Shown: positions 43,282 to 55,600 of the stretch, in pieces
Layout of the letters: every line of letters starts with the position of its first letter
Position numbering within the stretch: position 1 is the stretch's first letter
Sequence record: NC_071039.1
DNA length: 64,000 nucleotides
Strand: one strand, 5' to 3'
Position numbers and translations under genes: made by a program
Notes under the pieces: model-generated
Databases searched by the model: none
Seen by the model: only the letters and a program-made list of their open reading frames with translations
What the model was told of the DNA's origin: nothing

Positions 43282-43467
43282 ATGTTAACAATTTCATCAG
43301 TAGAATTGGCATATGTAAATACTACATGCCTTTTTAGGGCATCTATGTTGCTAAGGGAAATGCCAGGTAGTAATATAAGAGTTTATCTAGGTAAAAAAGT
43401 ACAAACGATGGTAATGTTGTCACGTACATTACCTGTTAAAATTGGATATATTCCGCAGAAGGGTTAA
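43282..43467 (+). CDS. Hypothetical protein, 61 aa
   Basis: GGAG/AAGGA upstream; promoter-like region before. Confidence 0.6.
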   Translation: MLTISSVELAYVNTTCLFRASMLLREMPGSNIRVYLGKKVQTMVMLSRTLPVKIGYIPQKG

Positions 43468-43470
43468 GAA

Positions 43471-44448
43471 ATGACTATAGTATATGCACATGAAATAAAA
43501 AATGATGTTTTTGTAGTTAGAACTAGTGCATATCTGTTTAACAATAATGCAGTAATCCCTAGGCAAAATAACGGAAAACCTATTATTTCTGTCGATTTTG
43601 CTATACATGACGGAATAAAAGAATATGCAGTAAAAAGTAATGGTTTGATAGAATTTTATGCATCTAAAGACGACATAGAAACTAAACAGTACACAATAAT
43701 AACATATATTCATTATGTTTCTCATTATATTCATTCTGTAGATAATACCATATTGTCTGTTCAAGATTATGACACATTTAAAATATGTAATGAAATAGAT
43801 AAAGGATATTTAAATCTTTATTCCGAGTGCTATGCTAAGACAAAATACAAAGAAGATACAATCCAAATTGTCATACAAAATAAGCTCGAAAGTATCGAAG
43901 ATGAAATGCTAAGAAAGCATGCAATGCCTGTATTTTTGCCAGATCCGCACAACGTAAGTTCTGGAAAATCAGTGTATTCTATAAATTTAGAAAATGTAAT
44001 TATAGATTACATTGAAACTAATGTTAATTCTGTAGTTAAAAATAAACTTGAACAAAAAATAAAAAATCCTTCTGAACCGTATTTTTATAAATCGAAAATT
44101 CTTAGAAATCAATATTATATAGAAAAAACAAACATTTCTATTGCACTAAGTATAGGGCAATCACTACACAATACACTCTATACTAGAGATACATTTGTTG
44201 GGTCTATAGAAAGTATTAACATATCGTTAAAACATGCTATGAAACAACTAAAACTGATGTGCGATCTTTATATATCGTTAAATGATACATCAAATACCGA
44301 TATGACCTTTTTAGTTAGCCATCTTGACTCACTAGCTAGAATAGTACGACAGATAGATTTTAAAATAAAAGATAAAGACAAAAGAACCTTATTAACTGAT
44401 TCGATTGATAAAATAAAAGAAAGTATAATAAAAAGAAAAGAAGATTAA
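43471..44448 (+). CDS. Hypothetical protein, 325 aa
   Basis: Long ORF ending in the convergent terminator. Confidence 0.85.
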   Translation: MTIVYAHEIKNDVFVVRTSAYLFNNNAVIPRQNNGKPIISVDFAIHDGIKEYAVKSNGLIEFYASKDDIETKQYTIITYIHYVSHYIHSVDNTILSVQDYDTFKICNEIDKGYLNLYSECYAKTKYKEDTIQIVIQNKLESIEDEMLRKHAMPVFLPDPHNVSSGKSVYSINLENVIIDYIETNVNSVVKNKLEQKIKNPSEPYFYKSKILRNQYYIEKTNISIALSIGQSLHNTLYTRDTFVGSIESINISLKHAMKQLKLMCDLYISLNDTSNTDMTFLVSHLDSLARIVRQIDFKIKDKDKRTLLTDSIDKIKESIIKRKED

Positions 44449-44463
44449 ATCTTCTTTTCTTTT
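44431..44463. terminator. Bidirectional terminator at the early/late convergence
   Basis: aaaagaaaagaagatt-a-aatcttcttttctttt (16-bp arms). Confidence 0.75.
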
Positions 44464-45682
44464 ATATTATTAAAATTGTTTTTGTATAAGTATACGTATT
44501 ATTGTCGTATGTAGTTACTCGCCACGTTATGTCTTGCGTCTGTCCCACTGTGCCGGAATTTGACGAAAAAGTCCATGTTCTGTTAACTACAACAGGATCG
44601 TTAGGTCTTACATAATTAACAGAGCCCTTTGAATTTGTTCTAGTTGTATTAGATCCTACAGGCAAAGGGTATGCAACTCCGTCAAACACTATTTCTTCAG
44701 ATACGATTGCTTGATAGCCGAATGTAAATATTGCAGATCCGGTTATGCTAGCACCCTGCTGCACTTGGTTAGGACCAGAAATGTTCATAGTAGGAACTAT
44801 TGCTGCACTATTTGTTAAATTATATAACAGTGCATAAGTAGGCGATATAACAGGATATATTGCACTAGAAATATGTTCTATTACTGTAAATTGCAAATTT
44901 CCTTGAACTATAGTTTGTGTGTCAAATTCCGTAAATATTACATAAAATGATATAACAGATGGACTGTTTAACTTTGCTTGAACAGACATCTGGACGTTGT
45001 CTATTTTAAGTATAAAAACTGTTTGATATGTATTATTTAATTCATAGAACGTTTTAGTACATGGTTTGCTGTTAGTTGGTACGCTTGGTGCAGATATTCC
45101 AAAAAATACAACAGAATTTATATTTTCTAAAAGCTCCTTCATCTTTGTAGAAATAGTAGTGTTTGGCGAGGTCAACTGAGGCGTTATTCTTATTGCGCCG
45201 CCTGTATTGAAAAATTGTCTTGCATGATTATTATCATTAAATGTGACAGTAAACTCAGAATATACAGATTGATCCCACGGAGCACTCGTTGGTCTACTAG
45301 ATGTTAGTTTAGTAGTATAAGTCGGATTTGCTAATTTACCTCTATTAGTTTCTAATAAAGATAATGCATCGCCTAACGGTAATAGTGTACCGGGCGGTTG
45401 CATTACATCATAGTTATATGCAGCAATTGTATTATTTGAAGATACAATTGCTGGCCAGGCTGCGCCTAGTAACGATGTGCCTTGATGTAATGCAATAGTT
45501 TGCATAGTAGAAAACAGTGTATTCCAGTTAGATGCACTGATTATATTTCCTATAGCAACTTGTTGTACAGGAACAGTCTGTCCGTATCCGTAACTACCTG
45601 TTCCTGTGCCTAAAATATTTTGTATTTTAGAAGAAAATAGATTATAATCGGCAGCCTGTATTACCTGATTTCTTGCGTACAT
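44462..45682 (-). CDS. Virion structural protein (baseplate/tail associated), 406 aa
   Basis: In structural operon; I.A.DYN...G.G..GYGQ N-terminus and F.....AR.FFN.GG.IR motif typical of jumbo-myovirus tail proteins. Confidence 0.8.
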   Translation of the reverse strand: MYARNQVIQAADYNLFSSKIQNILGTGTGSYGYGQTVPVQQVAIGNIISASNWNTLFSTMQTIALHQGTSLLGAAWPAIVSSNNTIAAYNYDVMQPPGTLLPLGDALSLLETNRGKLANPTYTTKLTSSRPTSAPWDQSVYSEFTVTFNDNNHARQFFNTGGAIRITPQLTSPNTTISTKMKELLENINSVVFFGISAPSVPTNSKPCTKTFYELNNTYQTVFILKIDNVQMSVQAKLNSPSVISFYVIFTEFDTQTIVQGNLQFTVIEHISSAIYPVISPTYALLYNLTNSAAIVPTMNISGPNQVQQGASITGSAIFTFGYQAIVSEEIVFDGVAYPLPVGSNTTRTNSKGSVNYVRPNDPVVVNRTWTFSSNSGTVGQTQDITWRVTTYDNNTYTYTKTILII

Positions 45683-47118
45683 TATTTAGAGCCTATTGCA
45701 CATAAAACTAATTCTACATCCGATGTTGATTTAGAACTAATAGCACGTCCTATAATACTATATACACCCATAGGACCTAACTGTTGTAATTCTGACATTG
45801 TTATTCTGCGGGCAACACCAGGAACATCACTTGCAACTAATCTATCGCCCTTAGATATGGGTCCTATTACTTTCACGGGTACTCTTCCTGCTAATGCGAC
45901 AAACGGATGAGTGTCATCTGTTCCTGCGTCGGCATTCATCATTATGCCTGCACTTGTACTTATTACACCGAATACTTCTGTATCTGCATCGAGTGTTGTC
46001 ATTGTTATTTCTTTAGAACCACCCAATTTAACTACAGTTCCTGTATCTAATTCTCCATCAGCTTCATATCTTTCTGCAAGATCTGCATATTTACTTGATG
46101 TAGACGTACCTATTAAATTAGTTCCATAAATATTTTGGAAAGGACTAGTTTGACTTCCTATAGAAGAAGTAGTTGTTCTAGCATTTATTTTAGATGTTGT
46201 TATTTCGTTTATGTATGATAGGCCAAATGCATTATTAACATCACCGATTGTGGTAGTATCAGGTACACCAGGAATTATCTTATCTCTTGCATATAATTCC
46301 ATACCGTATATTTTAGAATATCTATTTGTATCTGAACCTAAAGTAAACGCATTAGTTGTGCTAGGTATTAAGTTAGTAATAACACCATAACCCGGCTGCC
46401 CGGATCCGACCGATAAACTATTAGCATACATCCCGCTTGCATATATACCTGCAATTCTACTCGAAGCACTACCTAGAGTATCAGTTGTGTTTTTCATCCC
46501 AACTGCTGTATCACTAAGAGGTATAAAACCTAAAGTAATATTACCGTTTGATCTAGAAAATACAATTTCTTGTGTTGCAAGAAATCTTCTTGCATATATA
46601 TCTGCAAATGTTAAACTTGCCGAACCTATAGAATACTGAGAAGTTGTACTAGGTAGTACATTACCGCCTATAGTAGTAGCACCTAATTGGGTTGTTCCTG
46701 CAACTAAATTAGTCGTATTAACTGTACTAAAATAACCGACTCTGAATCTATTTGCGGCAGCGCCTAAATCTACTGTGTTTGTTGCAGGAATTATTGTAGA
46801 ATCTACTGTACTTATTAATGATTTCCACGATGCATGATTTGGGTTTGCACTAGTGTTATCTGTAGAATTGACAGGATCGTTTCCTATCCACACTTTCATT
46901 ACATTAGTTCTAGTATCAAACCAAAGTTGCCCTTTTATTGCACCCCGAGGAGATGTATTATTTGCAAAGTTTTCTAATGTTCTTATTGTAGACTGTGCTA
47001 AAGATTGTCCATATGCAGGTGTTATTCTACCAACTAAGCTAGTAGAATATACGTTAGATATAGTACCATCAGGTATTGCTATTATATTTCCGTTTGACTT
47101 TGTAATTGTATATGACAT
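45682..47118 (-). CDS. Tail fibre/baseplate-associated protein, 478 aa
   Basis: N-terminal ENFA...P...GQLWFD domain, T/S-rich fibre repeats, C-terminal YADLAERY...AGRVPVKV domain. Confidence 0.85.
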   Translation of the reverse strand: MSYTITKSNGNIIAIPDGTISNVYSTSLVGRITPAYGQSLAQSTIRTLENFANNTSPRGAIKGQLWFDTRTNVMKVWIGNDPVNSTDNTSANPNHASWKSLISTVDSTIIPATNTVDLGAAANRFRVGYFSTVNTTNLVAGTTQLGATTIGGNVLPSTTSQYSIGSASLTFADIYARRFLATQEIVFSRSNGNITLGFIPLSDTAVGMKNTTDTLGSASSRIAGIYASGMYANSLSVGSGQPGYGVITNLIPSTTNAFTLGSDTNRYSKIYGMELYARDKIIPGVPDTTTIGDVNNAFGLSYINEITTSKINARTTTSSIGSQTSPFQNIYGTNLIGTSTSSKYADLAERYEADGELDTGTVVKLGGSKEITMTTLDADTEVFGVISTSAGIMMNADAGTDDTHPFVALAGRVPVKVIGPISKGDRLVASDVPGVARRITMSELQQLGPMGVYSIIGRAISSKSTSDVELVLCAIGSK

Positions 47119-47120
47119 TA

Positions 47121-48866
47121 TTAACCTACCCTAATCCATACGTATGCACATTGCCACGGAGATTGGTTATTATGTTTTCCGTCGCCGCCGACAGAAGAAG
47201 TTAGAGGCGCTGTAGTAACGCTCTGGAATCCGTAACCGTCTTCGACCCTAGCAGATTGACCTCCGACTGAACCGAATCTACCCGATTGCGAAACGTTATT
47301 TCCGAAACCTTGTATATGCTGATGCGCTGGCATCTCTGCTACAGTAAGTTTATGGAAATAAGTTCCTCCCGTTGATCCAGCAGCATATCCACCCGAATCT
47401 CCATTTGCATCAGTAGTAGATCCGTTCCCGACTATAGATCTGCCCTGTGCATACGGATTCCAGACCCCGAACCCTAAATAAGTTGCTGGGTTTGCCGAAT
47501 TAGTTGCGTTAATGTATACAGAACCTATAGGATATACTAATTCTCTAGTAGCTGCAATGGCAGTTAAAATTTTCTGATCTACTTGGTCTTGGGTATAAAC
47601 TGTAGGAAGATTGCCAGTATGCCATATTCTTTGACCATTTATATATAGTGCGCCGTCATTGACGCCATCTGTATGCAGTCGAACATCGTAATCAGTAGAA
47701 GAGTTCGTGGCATGATGAAAATCTAAATACCTAGCTATTTCTGTAACACCAGATGTACTAACAACGGGAATCTTGTTAGCCATATTTCCAGGAACACCGG
47801 GTGCTATAACATCGTGTGACGCTGCTGTGCCTAATCCAACTACAGTTGTGTTCATTGTAACGTTTGCAGTACCGTCTAATACTACTGAACCTAAAACATT
47901 TCCAGTTAGTGTTAATGTTCTACCAAACGTCCATTTATCTGCAGAAGCTGCTCTAGTTGCATTAGTCGCACTTGATGCATTACCTACGAAATTTACAGAA
48001 TACATGTTTCTATAGCGCCGAGCAGTAGAACCTAAGTCATACGTATTATCTATTACAGGCATCAAATGAGAATTTAAACCTTGATTTGTGCCAGTTCCTA
48101 GTGTTAATAACGTCGTATTTACATCTTGGCCGAAGAATCTTGTTACTCTATATGAAGTACCACCTATAATCCATGTACCCCTACAGAATAAATCGTTATT
48201 AGGTCCGTTTTCTAATGCTATAACAGAAGAACCATTAGTAAAAGTTATGCCACCAGAGTTAATCCATGCTTTCTTTGTATATAAATTATCCCATTGTTTT
48301 GCAGACGAACCCAAACTAGACGATGTTATAAACTGACAAGGATTCGGCATAGTCGATTGGGTTTCGGGTAATATGTCGCCTTGAACTGAAGTATTTCCTA
48401 CAACTGTAAGAGCAGTTCTGTTAGAACTAGATGTACATTTTCTTAAAGTTGCTTCTGTTCCGAAAAAGCCCACTGCATAGATATTTTTAAATCTAAGGGT
48501 AGGAGACCCTATATTAATTGTATTATCAACCTTTGGCAATAGATCTTGTATTAATGCTCCGCCAATAGGAGTCCACATTTCGTTAGATCTATCTGCACTA
48601 GTGTTATCGTTAGGAGATAAAGGGTCTGCTCCTTTCCATACTTTAAGTATTTCCTGCTGAGTATCATACCACAGTTGGCCCTTAATGGCCCCCCGAGGCG
48701 GAATTGTATTGGCAAAATTTTCTAAATGCCTAATTGTACTCTGTGCTATTTCTCCGCCATACGGTGATATGTCTTTGCCTAGTAATGGCAAAGTATAATT
48801 CTCTAATATCGTTTGGTCTGCAACAGTAATAGGGGTGCCGTTACTTTTGGAAATATTATATGACAT
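47121..48866 (-). CDS. Tail fibre protein, 581 aa
   Basis: Same N-terminal domain; fibre motifs (YLDFH, IWHTGN); C-terminal YPIGSVYI...GxW...GR..VG...GG...H.LT..EMP.H gp10/collar-like domain. Confidence 0.85.
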   Translation of the reverse strand: MSYNISKSNGTPITVADQTILENYTLPLLGKDISPYGGEIAQSTIRHLENFANTIPPRGAIKGQLWYDTQQEILKVWKGADPLSPNDNTSADRSNEMWTPIGGALIQDLLPKVDNTINIGSPTLRFKNIYAVGFFGTEATLRKCTSSSNRTALTVVGNTSVQGDILPETQSTMPNPCQFITSSSLGSSAKQWDNLYTKKAWINSGGITFTNGSSVIALENGPNNDLFCRGTWIIGGTSYRVTRFFGQDVNTTLLTLGTGTNQGLNSHLMPVIDNTYDLGSTARRYRNMYSVNFVGNASSATNATRAASADKWTFGRTLTLTGNVLGSVVLDGTANVTMNTTVVGLGTAASHDVIAPGVPGNMANKIPVVSTSGVTEIARYLDFHHATNSSTDYDVRLHTDGVNDGALYINGQRIWHTGNLPTVYTQDQVDQKILTAIAATRELVYPIGSVYINATNSANPATYLGFGVWNPYAQGRSIVGNGSTTDANGDSGGYAAGSTGGTYFHKLTVAEMPAHQHIQGFGNNVSQSGRFGSVGGQSARVEDGYGFQSVTTAPLTSSVGGDGKHNNQSPWQCAYVWIRVG

Positions 48867-48869
48867 AAA

Positions 48870-49475
48870 TTACCCCATTTGCACTCTAACAGTATATTGT
48901 ATTTGTAATGCTCTATTAGATGATTTTTGTATAGGATGGAATATTACATGAGTAATCATTATTGCTTCACTTTGATCTAAATTTCCGGCTATACTGGGCG
49001 GACCTACATATAACGCAATTTCATCGAATACAGAACTATCTTTATTATCTTCTGCAAAACTGGGAGCTCTGTCTATAATTTGTTGTTGTAGTCCTGCTTC
49101 ATCATATGCAAGAGTAGTGGTTACTTTTAAATCTGAAAAGTTTGTACTTCCTAAAATAACTTCTATTTTATTTTGAAGTGTATTATCTATTTCTTTTTTA
49201 AATGTTTCGTTATATAACGAATCGTCGGGATTGCGTATAATAGAAACATTGGGTTCCCTATAAATTATTTCACCCTCAGCAGTCACTCGAGTACCGCCAT
49301 TGCCGAAAGCCATATATCTTACGTGCCCGTTATCTTGTCCAGCCAATGCAGATACTATAGCAGCAGCCAAATTACCGAAATGAATTGCATTCTTTTTGCT
49401 AAGAAGTATTTCACCCGTGTCTTTATCTACAATAGTAAGATGCCCAATAGCACGGATAGTTCCACTATCTTGCAT
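48870..49475 (-). CDS. Baseplate/tail structural protein, 201 aa
   Basis: KKNAIH.GN, MAFGNGG, FDEIAL, ITHVIFHPIQKS.NR...I.YTVR. Confidence 0.85.
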   Translation of the reverse strand: MQDSGTIRAIGHLTIVDKDTGEILLSKKNAIHFGNLAAAIVSALAGQDNGHVRYMAFGNGGTRVTAEGEIIYREPNVSIIRNPDDSLYNETFKKEIDNTLQNKIEVILGSTNFSDLKVTTTLAYDEAGLQQQIIDRAPSFAEDNKDSSVFDEIALYVGPPSIAGNLDQSEAIMITHVIFHPIQKSSNRALQIQYTVRVQMG

Positions 49476-49476
49476 A

Positions 49477-49602
49477 TTAACCCCTTTTATTTAATAATTC
49501 TTTATTTGTTTTCAGATCTACAATTTTAACGTGATCGAGGGCGTGACCGAGCACGTCCTCGTCTGGTTTTTTATTGTTACTGTTATCTTTCTTATCATCC
49601 AT
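49477..49602 (-). CDS. Small protein, 41 aa (not in ORF track), paralogous to the N-terminus of the downstream gene
   Basis: MDDKKDNSNNKKPDEDVLGHALDHVKIVDLKTNKELLNKRG; fills the intergenic gap. Confidence 0.7.
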   Translation of the reverse strand: MDDKKDNSNNKKPDEDVLGHALDHVKIVDLKTNKELLNKRG

Positions 49603-49607
49603 ATCGA

Positions 49608-49615
49608 TATTTATC
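49608..49615 (-). promoter_or_regulatory. Possible T4-late-type promoter
   Basis: GATAAATA on the minus strand just upstream of ATG 49602. Confidence 0.35.
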
Positions 49616-49626
49616 TGTGTTTTAAA

Positions 49627-52600
49627 CTACGGAGTTAATCCACTTCCAGGTCTGTTTTGTAAGAATATAGCCCAGGGAGTTGTACTTAGAGCAAGTCCAC
49701 CGTTATTATTTTCCCATATGTACTTACCTGTATCTTCTTGTTCTTGTTTATACGAACCGTCAAATACTCTAGTATATAAAGGCACAGTTGTATCTCCATT
49801 TGTTCCGGTATATACAGATGTCCCTAATGATCCCCTAGTCAATCCGTGTAATTTATTACCGCGTTTATATAAGAATTCTATACGTTCGGTTCCTATCCAA
49901 ACTACACCGGGTTTACTACTAGACGGATCTACTATTGCAGATGCATCTACTAACTCTATAGATTTATCTGTAAGTTTTAATGGTTTAGCTAATCTAGTGC
50001 TATAATAATCAGAAATCCTAACATAGTGTGTTTCGCCCATTTCATCTAGGTGTACCCTGAAGCTTAGTGGTTTGGCAGGATATTTGATTACAACATTATC
50101 ACCTTGCATTGTAACTGGATTTATGAAATTGTGTTGTTCATTAAATACAGCTACCCACGAATTATTAACAATATCGGTTACTTTTTGAATGTTTGTTTCA
50201 GTCCAATCGATTCGTATAATATCGCCTGCGTTAAGAGTACCCTTATATACTACTAATAATTTAGCATTATCACCTGTTATATTTGTGAATTCTATAGTGT
50301 AGTCTTTGTCTTTAGTTTTACTAATTCCATTTATATAAACTGTCTCTCCTACAAAATTACGTATACTAGTATCTACAGTGAAAAGTTTTGTATTTGTATA
50401 CAACATTTCTTTACTCTTACGAGTATATAAATTATTAGACACACTGATCATTCTTTTGTTAGCAGCAACAAACATATCTATTGTCTGCAACTTATATTCA
50501 GATGTAGTAACAGAAGTTATGTTATATTTGTTCATTACATACGAAACATAATCATCTAACTTCATTATAGAATAAGATTGATATTTAACTGTGATTACAG
50601 TTCCTGCGCTCGGTGCAATTTCAAAATTAATAACAAGTTCAGGAGTAATTCCACTATTATCTACAACTACTGTATAGCCATACATTGCAACTCCGCTCGA
50701 ATAAACACCCTGGACTCTGTTGGGGAGAATATTCATACCTGTATGTATCATAGTATCTACACCATTTGCAGTAATATCTACGAACTTGTATGTAAGTTGT
50801 CCCGATGCCTGTGCGACTACTTCGTCAGGATTAGCAATAGTTGGCATATCTATAGGTAGTAGATACACACTATCTGCATTTTCTGGAGAATCTATGCTTG
50901 GATCCCAAGCAAATGTATCCCATGTGTTTATATCTTTATTTTGTTTTGTATTTCTTAAATCTACAGTTATGTATCCTTGAGTATTATCCCTTACTACTGA
51001 ATTAGTATCAAACCTATAATCGTTAGCTACAGTAGTTTGTGAAGTATAATTATCTTTATAGACTACTGATATAATATCACCTGTACTGAAACTAGTAGGA
51101 TATGCAATGACTACGGTATTAATGCCGTTGTTATCTATATTAAACTTCAATTTGTCTTCAGTATTAGGATCTCCATTTATAACTAACCCTATTATGTCCT
51201 GTAACACTATTTTTTCAGTTAATACTATTTTAACAAACGGATTCGAAGTATCTGTATTAGTAACAACATACTGAACTTCTGTAGTTTTCGCATTAGAATC
51301 TACAATAATAACCATGTTCTCTGTAGGAGATACTAATGCTTGCTCTTCCGGGATTCCTTCTCTTACGTTAGTATCTTCAAAATATGCACCATCTATTATA
51401 GGCTTACTAGTGTCACTGTTAAATGTATTAGTAACAGGATTAAAAGTAAACACTATTTCGTCACCTTCTACTGCGCCAGGAACTTCTATAGATGTAAAAT
51501 TAGAACCTTTTGTAGCAGTGTATTGTGTAGAAGATCCATTTAGTGTTACGCCAGTTATATCTACTACATATCGTATGACAAATGTTGTTTTTCCTTCCGA
51601 TATAACTGTTGCACTTGTTTCTGTATAATTGGGAGTAATAACATACGTAGCAGTAGAGGCATCCCATGCATATTCGTCCCATTTTGTACTATCCCACGGT
51701 CTGCTAAATATGTACTCAAAATCTTTAGCATCTATTACCTTACCTTCATAGTCACACCCATATTCGTCACCGAAACGTTCGTTGAATTGGAATAAAACAT
51801 CTCTCTCGCCGGCTGAACTTTCGTATAGACGTTCAGTAAACGAACTGTATGGATATGAACCGTTTATGGGTGCGGCACTTAAAATATCCCGTTGCAGGTC
51901 AGTTTGATATAAGATATATCTTCCAGCAGCGCCAGAATATTGTAAGTATTCAGTCCATAATTGACGATTGCCTTCTTGTATTGTGCCCGGTATACCCCAA
52001 CGTAATTGACCCCACTTAGGTATACCCCAGCCGCCTGCGATTTTACCAGCCGGATCTATTGCTAAATCAAATATAGGTTTAAGTACTTTACCGGGTTGTC
52101 TAGCATTATATTCTAACCTCATTTCCTCTAACGGAGTTTGGGTGAATTCTGTACCAGAATATAATTTTATTTTAGATCCTATTTTAATAAGAGTATTTGA
52201 TTTAAATGTTACTTGTAGATAACCATTCTCGTTTATTTCTACATCATATTGCTCTTTAGTAATAGTTTTTCCATCTACCTTAATTTTCCAAACAGATTTT
52301 ATATCGGTGTAGTTTACTATTATTACATCACCTGCATCAGGAGTAGAAGGAAGTATTATAAATGTTGCATTTAATATTGTAGTGAATGTGTAACCTTCTA
52401 TTTCTTGCCCATTTATTGTTACAGATGTTATTCTAGAAATATCTTTATTAGCACCTAATTGATATTGAGAAATTCCATCTAATGCTATAAATTCATCATT
52501 AGGAGTATTTGCTATAAGAACTACTTGGCCACCGGTACCGATAAATGTTTGGTCGCCTAAGTCTATATAATTCGGTTTAGTTATGTAACCGCATTGTACT

Positions 52601-55600
52601 CGATCGTATAACGAATTTATATCAAATAATCTGGGTACTTCTATCGGACGGAATGGTGCTTGTTCTCCCTCGTGATCGTCTGGCCAATCATATAATGAAT
52701 CATAGTCATACGCTGTTCCGTTCGCGATATCCATAGGAACATTATATTTTACCCCTAAGTCTCTTATTTTTGTAGTATACGGTTTAATTTCTTTTATATA
52801 AGAAATAAAACTCTGTATAGGATCAGTTGTAACCGATTCTTGCTGAGTTAAACTTTCTCCTTCTTGATTAACTTTTATATAAGTAGTCTTGAATACCCAA
52901 TCTAAGTTTTGTTGCTCAGATAAAATATAATTTATTAACGCAAAGAACACTAAGTTCCTCATTACTAAGTTTGCGTCTTTAAATACATTGTTATAAAGAG
53001 CAAATATTAGTTCTCGCAGTGCATTATCATTTGTATACGATCTAGATACTGTATAGATTGCAGGCAACAACTGAATAGCACTGTTCTGACGTCCAATTAG
53101 CGTAAAATTTTGATTACTGTATTGATAAAGTGTAAATTCTTCAGGTCTTACTAATTTAACTATATCGCCGTCTTTTAGTTTTCCTACAAGTCCCGTTAAT
53201 TCACCTACAGTAGACACCTGTTTCACAGGTGTTGTATTAAATTGATTAAATCCGTCAGCATACCAGTTTACATATCTCCAAAGAACAGAAGACGCTAATC
53301 CGTCAGCCCATGCAGGATTAAAATCTTTTATAGATATAGTAGACAGAAGACTGTTTGCATTTTGAACAAATACTTTTCTTGCTGCCATTCTATTATCTAT
53401 CATAGATTGTCTAGGTCTTACTTTTATACCTAATTTACTAAATTCAGACAACGTAGGATCAGGAACTATATCTCCGTTTATGTTATATCCAACTAAACTA
53501 TCTACTAATCTATTCCATAGATATGTAGGGATAACCGAAACTTCGTCGCCTTCCCTTAGTAGTTTCCATTCTGTATGTTTCTCGTTTATATTTTTAGTAT
53601 ATCTATAATTAACCTGGAATACTGGTGTTTTTCCATTAATAGTTTTTGATACATTAGAAAATACAAACGAATTATTTCCTATAAACGAGAACCATTTATA
53701 ACCCTGTGATTTAGGATTAGTTATAAGATTTTCTACACTAGTAGAAGTCATATTTCTACTTTTTATATTATTAGGTATTTCTTGTTTACCTTTTACCCAA
53801 TAATAATATATAGGTGTTGCTTGGCCAGCAGAATTAGTGTCATACCTGACAACATAATCTGTTAACGATTTCGGTGTGCCAGTGCCGTTGTATAAATCAG
53901 GCGTAAACGGACTCGAAACCCATTCGTAAACATTTATTACTGAACCTGGGAATAGTTTACCCCAATTATCCCTTCTATATTCTAGAATTTGTTCTTTGGT
54001 TTCAGATCCATCTAGTTTTCCGGGTTGTTCATATTGTAAATACCTGCAAGTAGATGTATCCCACCATAATCTTCCCACTTCAGAATCTGTAAATGCTAAT
54101 TCGTCGTCTATATTTGCAGAATTAGCCGAGACAGAATATGTAGTAGGATCTATTTCTGATTTATAGTGAATGTTTCTATCAGCAGTTCCTGGTATTAATC
54201 CTTTAACTGGATCGTAAACTGGTAGAAAATCTATAGTTTGTTTAGTGTCTTTATCATAGAAGTATGCATTTTCGAATAATTTACTATCTACTAAATTTTG
54301 TCTAGAACGAATATTTGTTATAGTAGATCCAGAAACAACAGCAACAGCCCAGTCATTATCTGAATTTATACTATCGATCCATACTTTACCTGATGTTACG
54401 TTAACAGTTGCATTATTTTTAAATCTCACATTTTTAAAGAATAAAGGATTCTGTATAGGTACATTAGTTACTTGTTTACCTTCTTTATCAAATATTGCAT
54501 CTATAACACCGTCTGAATCTACAGTATACGAATATATCATATTGTTTATAACACAATACGGATATAGCGCATTAGTAGCAGGTGTTAGTCCAGAATATAT
54601 AACAAATACACCCCAGTCGATACCCACTGACGCGGCATTACCTACCCAAATGTAACTAGTTAGACTCGGTTTAGAAACATCTTTTCTTTCCCACAATGTA
54701 AATATATTTTTAGGATATAGTATTTGATGAGTAACATCTTTAGTGTTTACATACCCAGCTGTAGGTATATTTCCGTCTAGCTGTTTTGTAGTAGGAACTA
54801 ATCTATCATTATACTTAATCTCATTACCTACAATTACTGGCATTCTGCCATTAGGTTTAGATAGCCAACGCTCGTTGTCATCGCTATCTATAGTAATAAT
54901 CATATCATATGGACTATCTTCGTCTATTTTATTTTTTATAATAGAAATTAACTTATCTATAGTTATGACAGTCTGGTTATAAATTATTGCTATCTTGGGA
55001 GGTTTTATATAACCGTATCCTGGTTCAGTTATAGTAACAGAATCAATTCTTCCATTTTTTAATACAACCTGCCCTGTTGCTCTAATTTCCTCTACAATAC
55101 TATTATTGGGGCTATTTAATTGATTGCCTTGCAAATACGCATCTACATTAGGATCTAAGCCAGCATTAGCTTCTTCAGGTGTAGCAAATACTATTATAGG
55201 TGTAGTAGTATAAATCATTTCCGAACTTAATACTCTAACTTCAGAAACTTTACCTGTTCCATATGATACAGGATACGATAATTCTACTATTTGCGGATCA
55301 CTTTTTACTAAATCGCCGTCAATTAATACTTCTAATTGTGCATTACTATTAGTAGCACCAAAATCTGCTAGCTTAAATGCAAATTCCTCATAAATCTGAA
55401 TATTTTCATTACTTTTAATAAATTCAGATCGTAAAAGTTTATCTACAGACTGCTTTGTACCTTTCTGAGAAATCATGCCTTTATAGAATAGATATTGCTG
55501 ATCGCCTGTAATACGTAGATTGTTTAAATACTCTCTATCTTGGAATCCTATTAAATGTCTAGCAGTTTGTTCTATTATGGGATTATCTAATGTATTTTCA

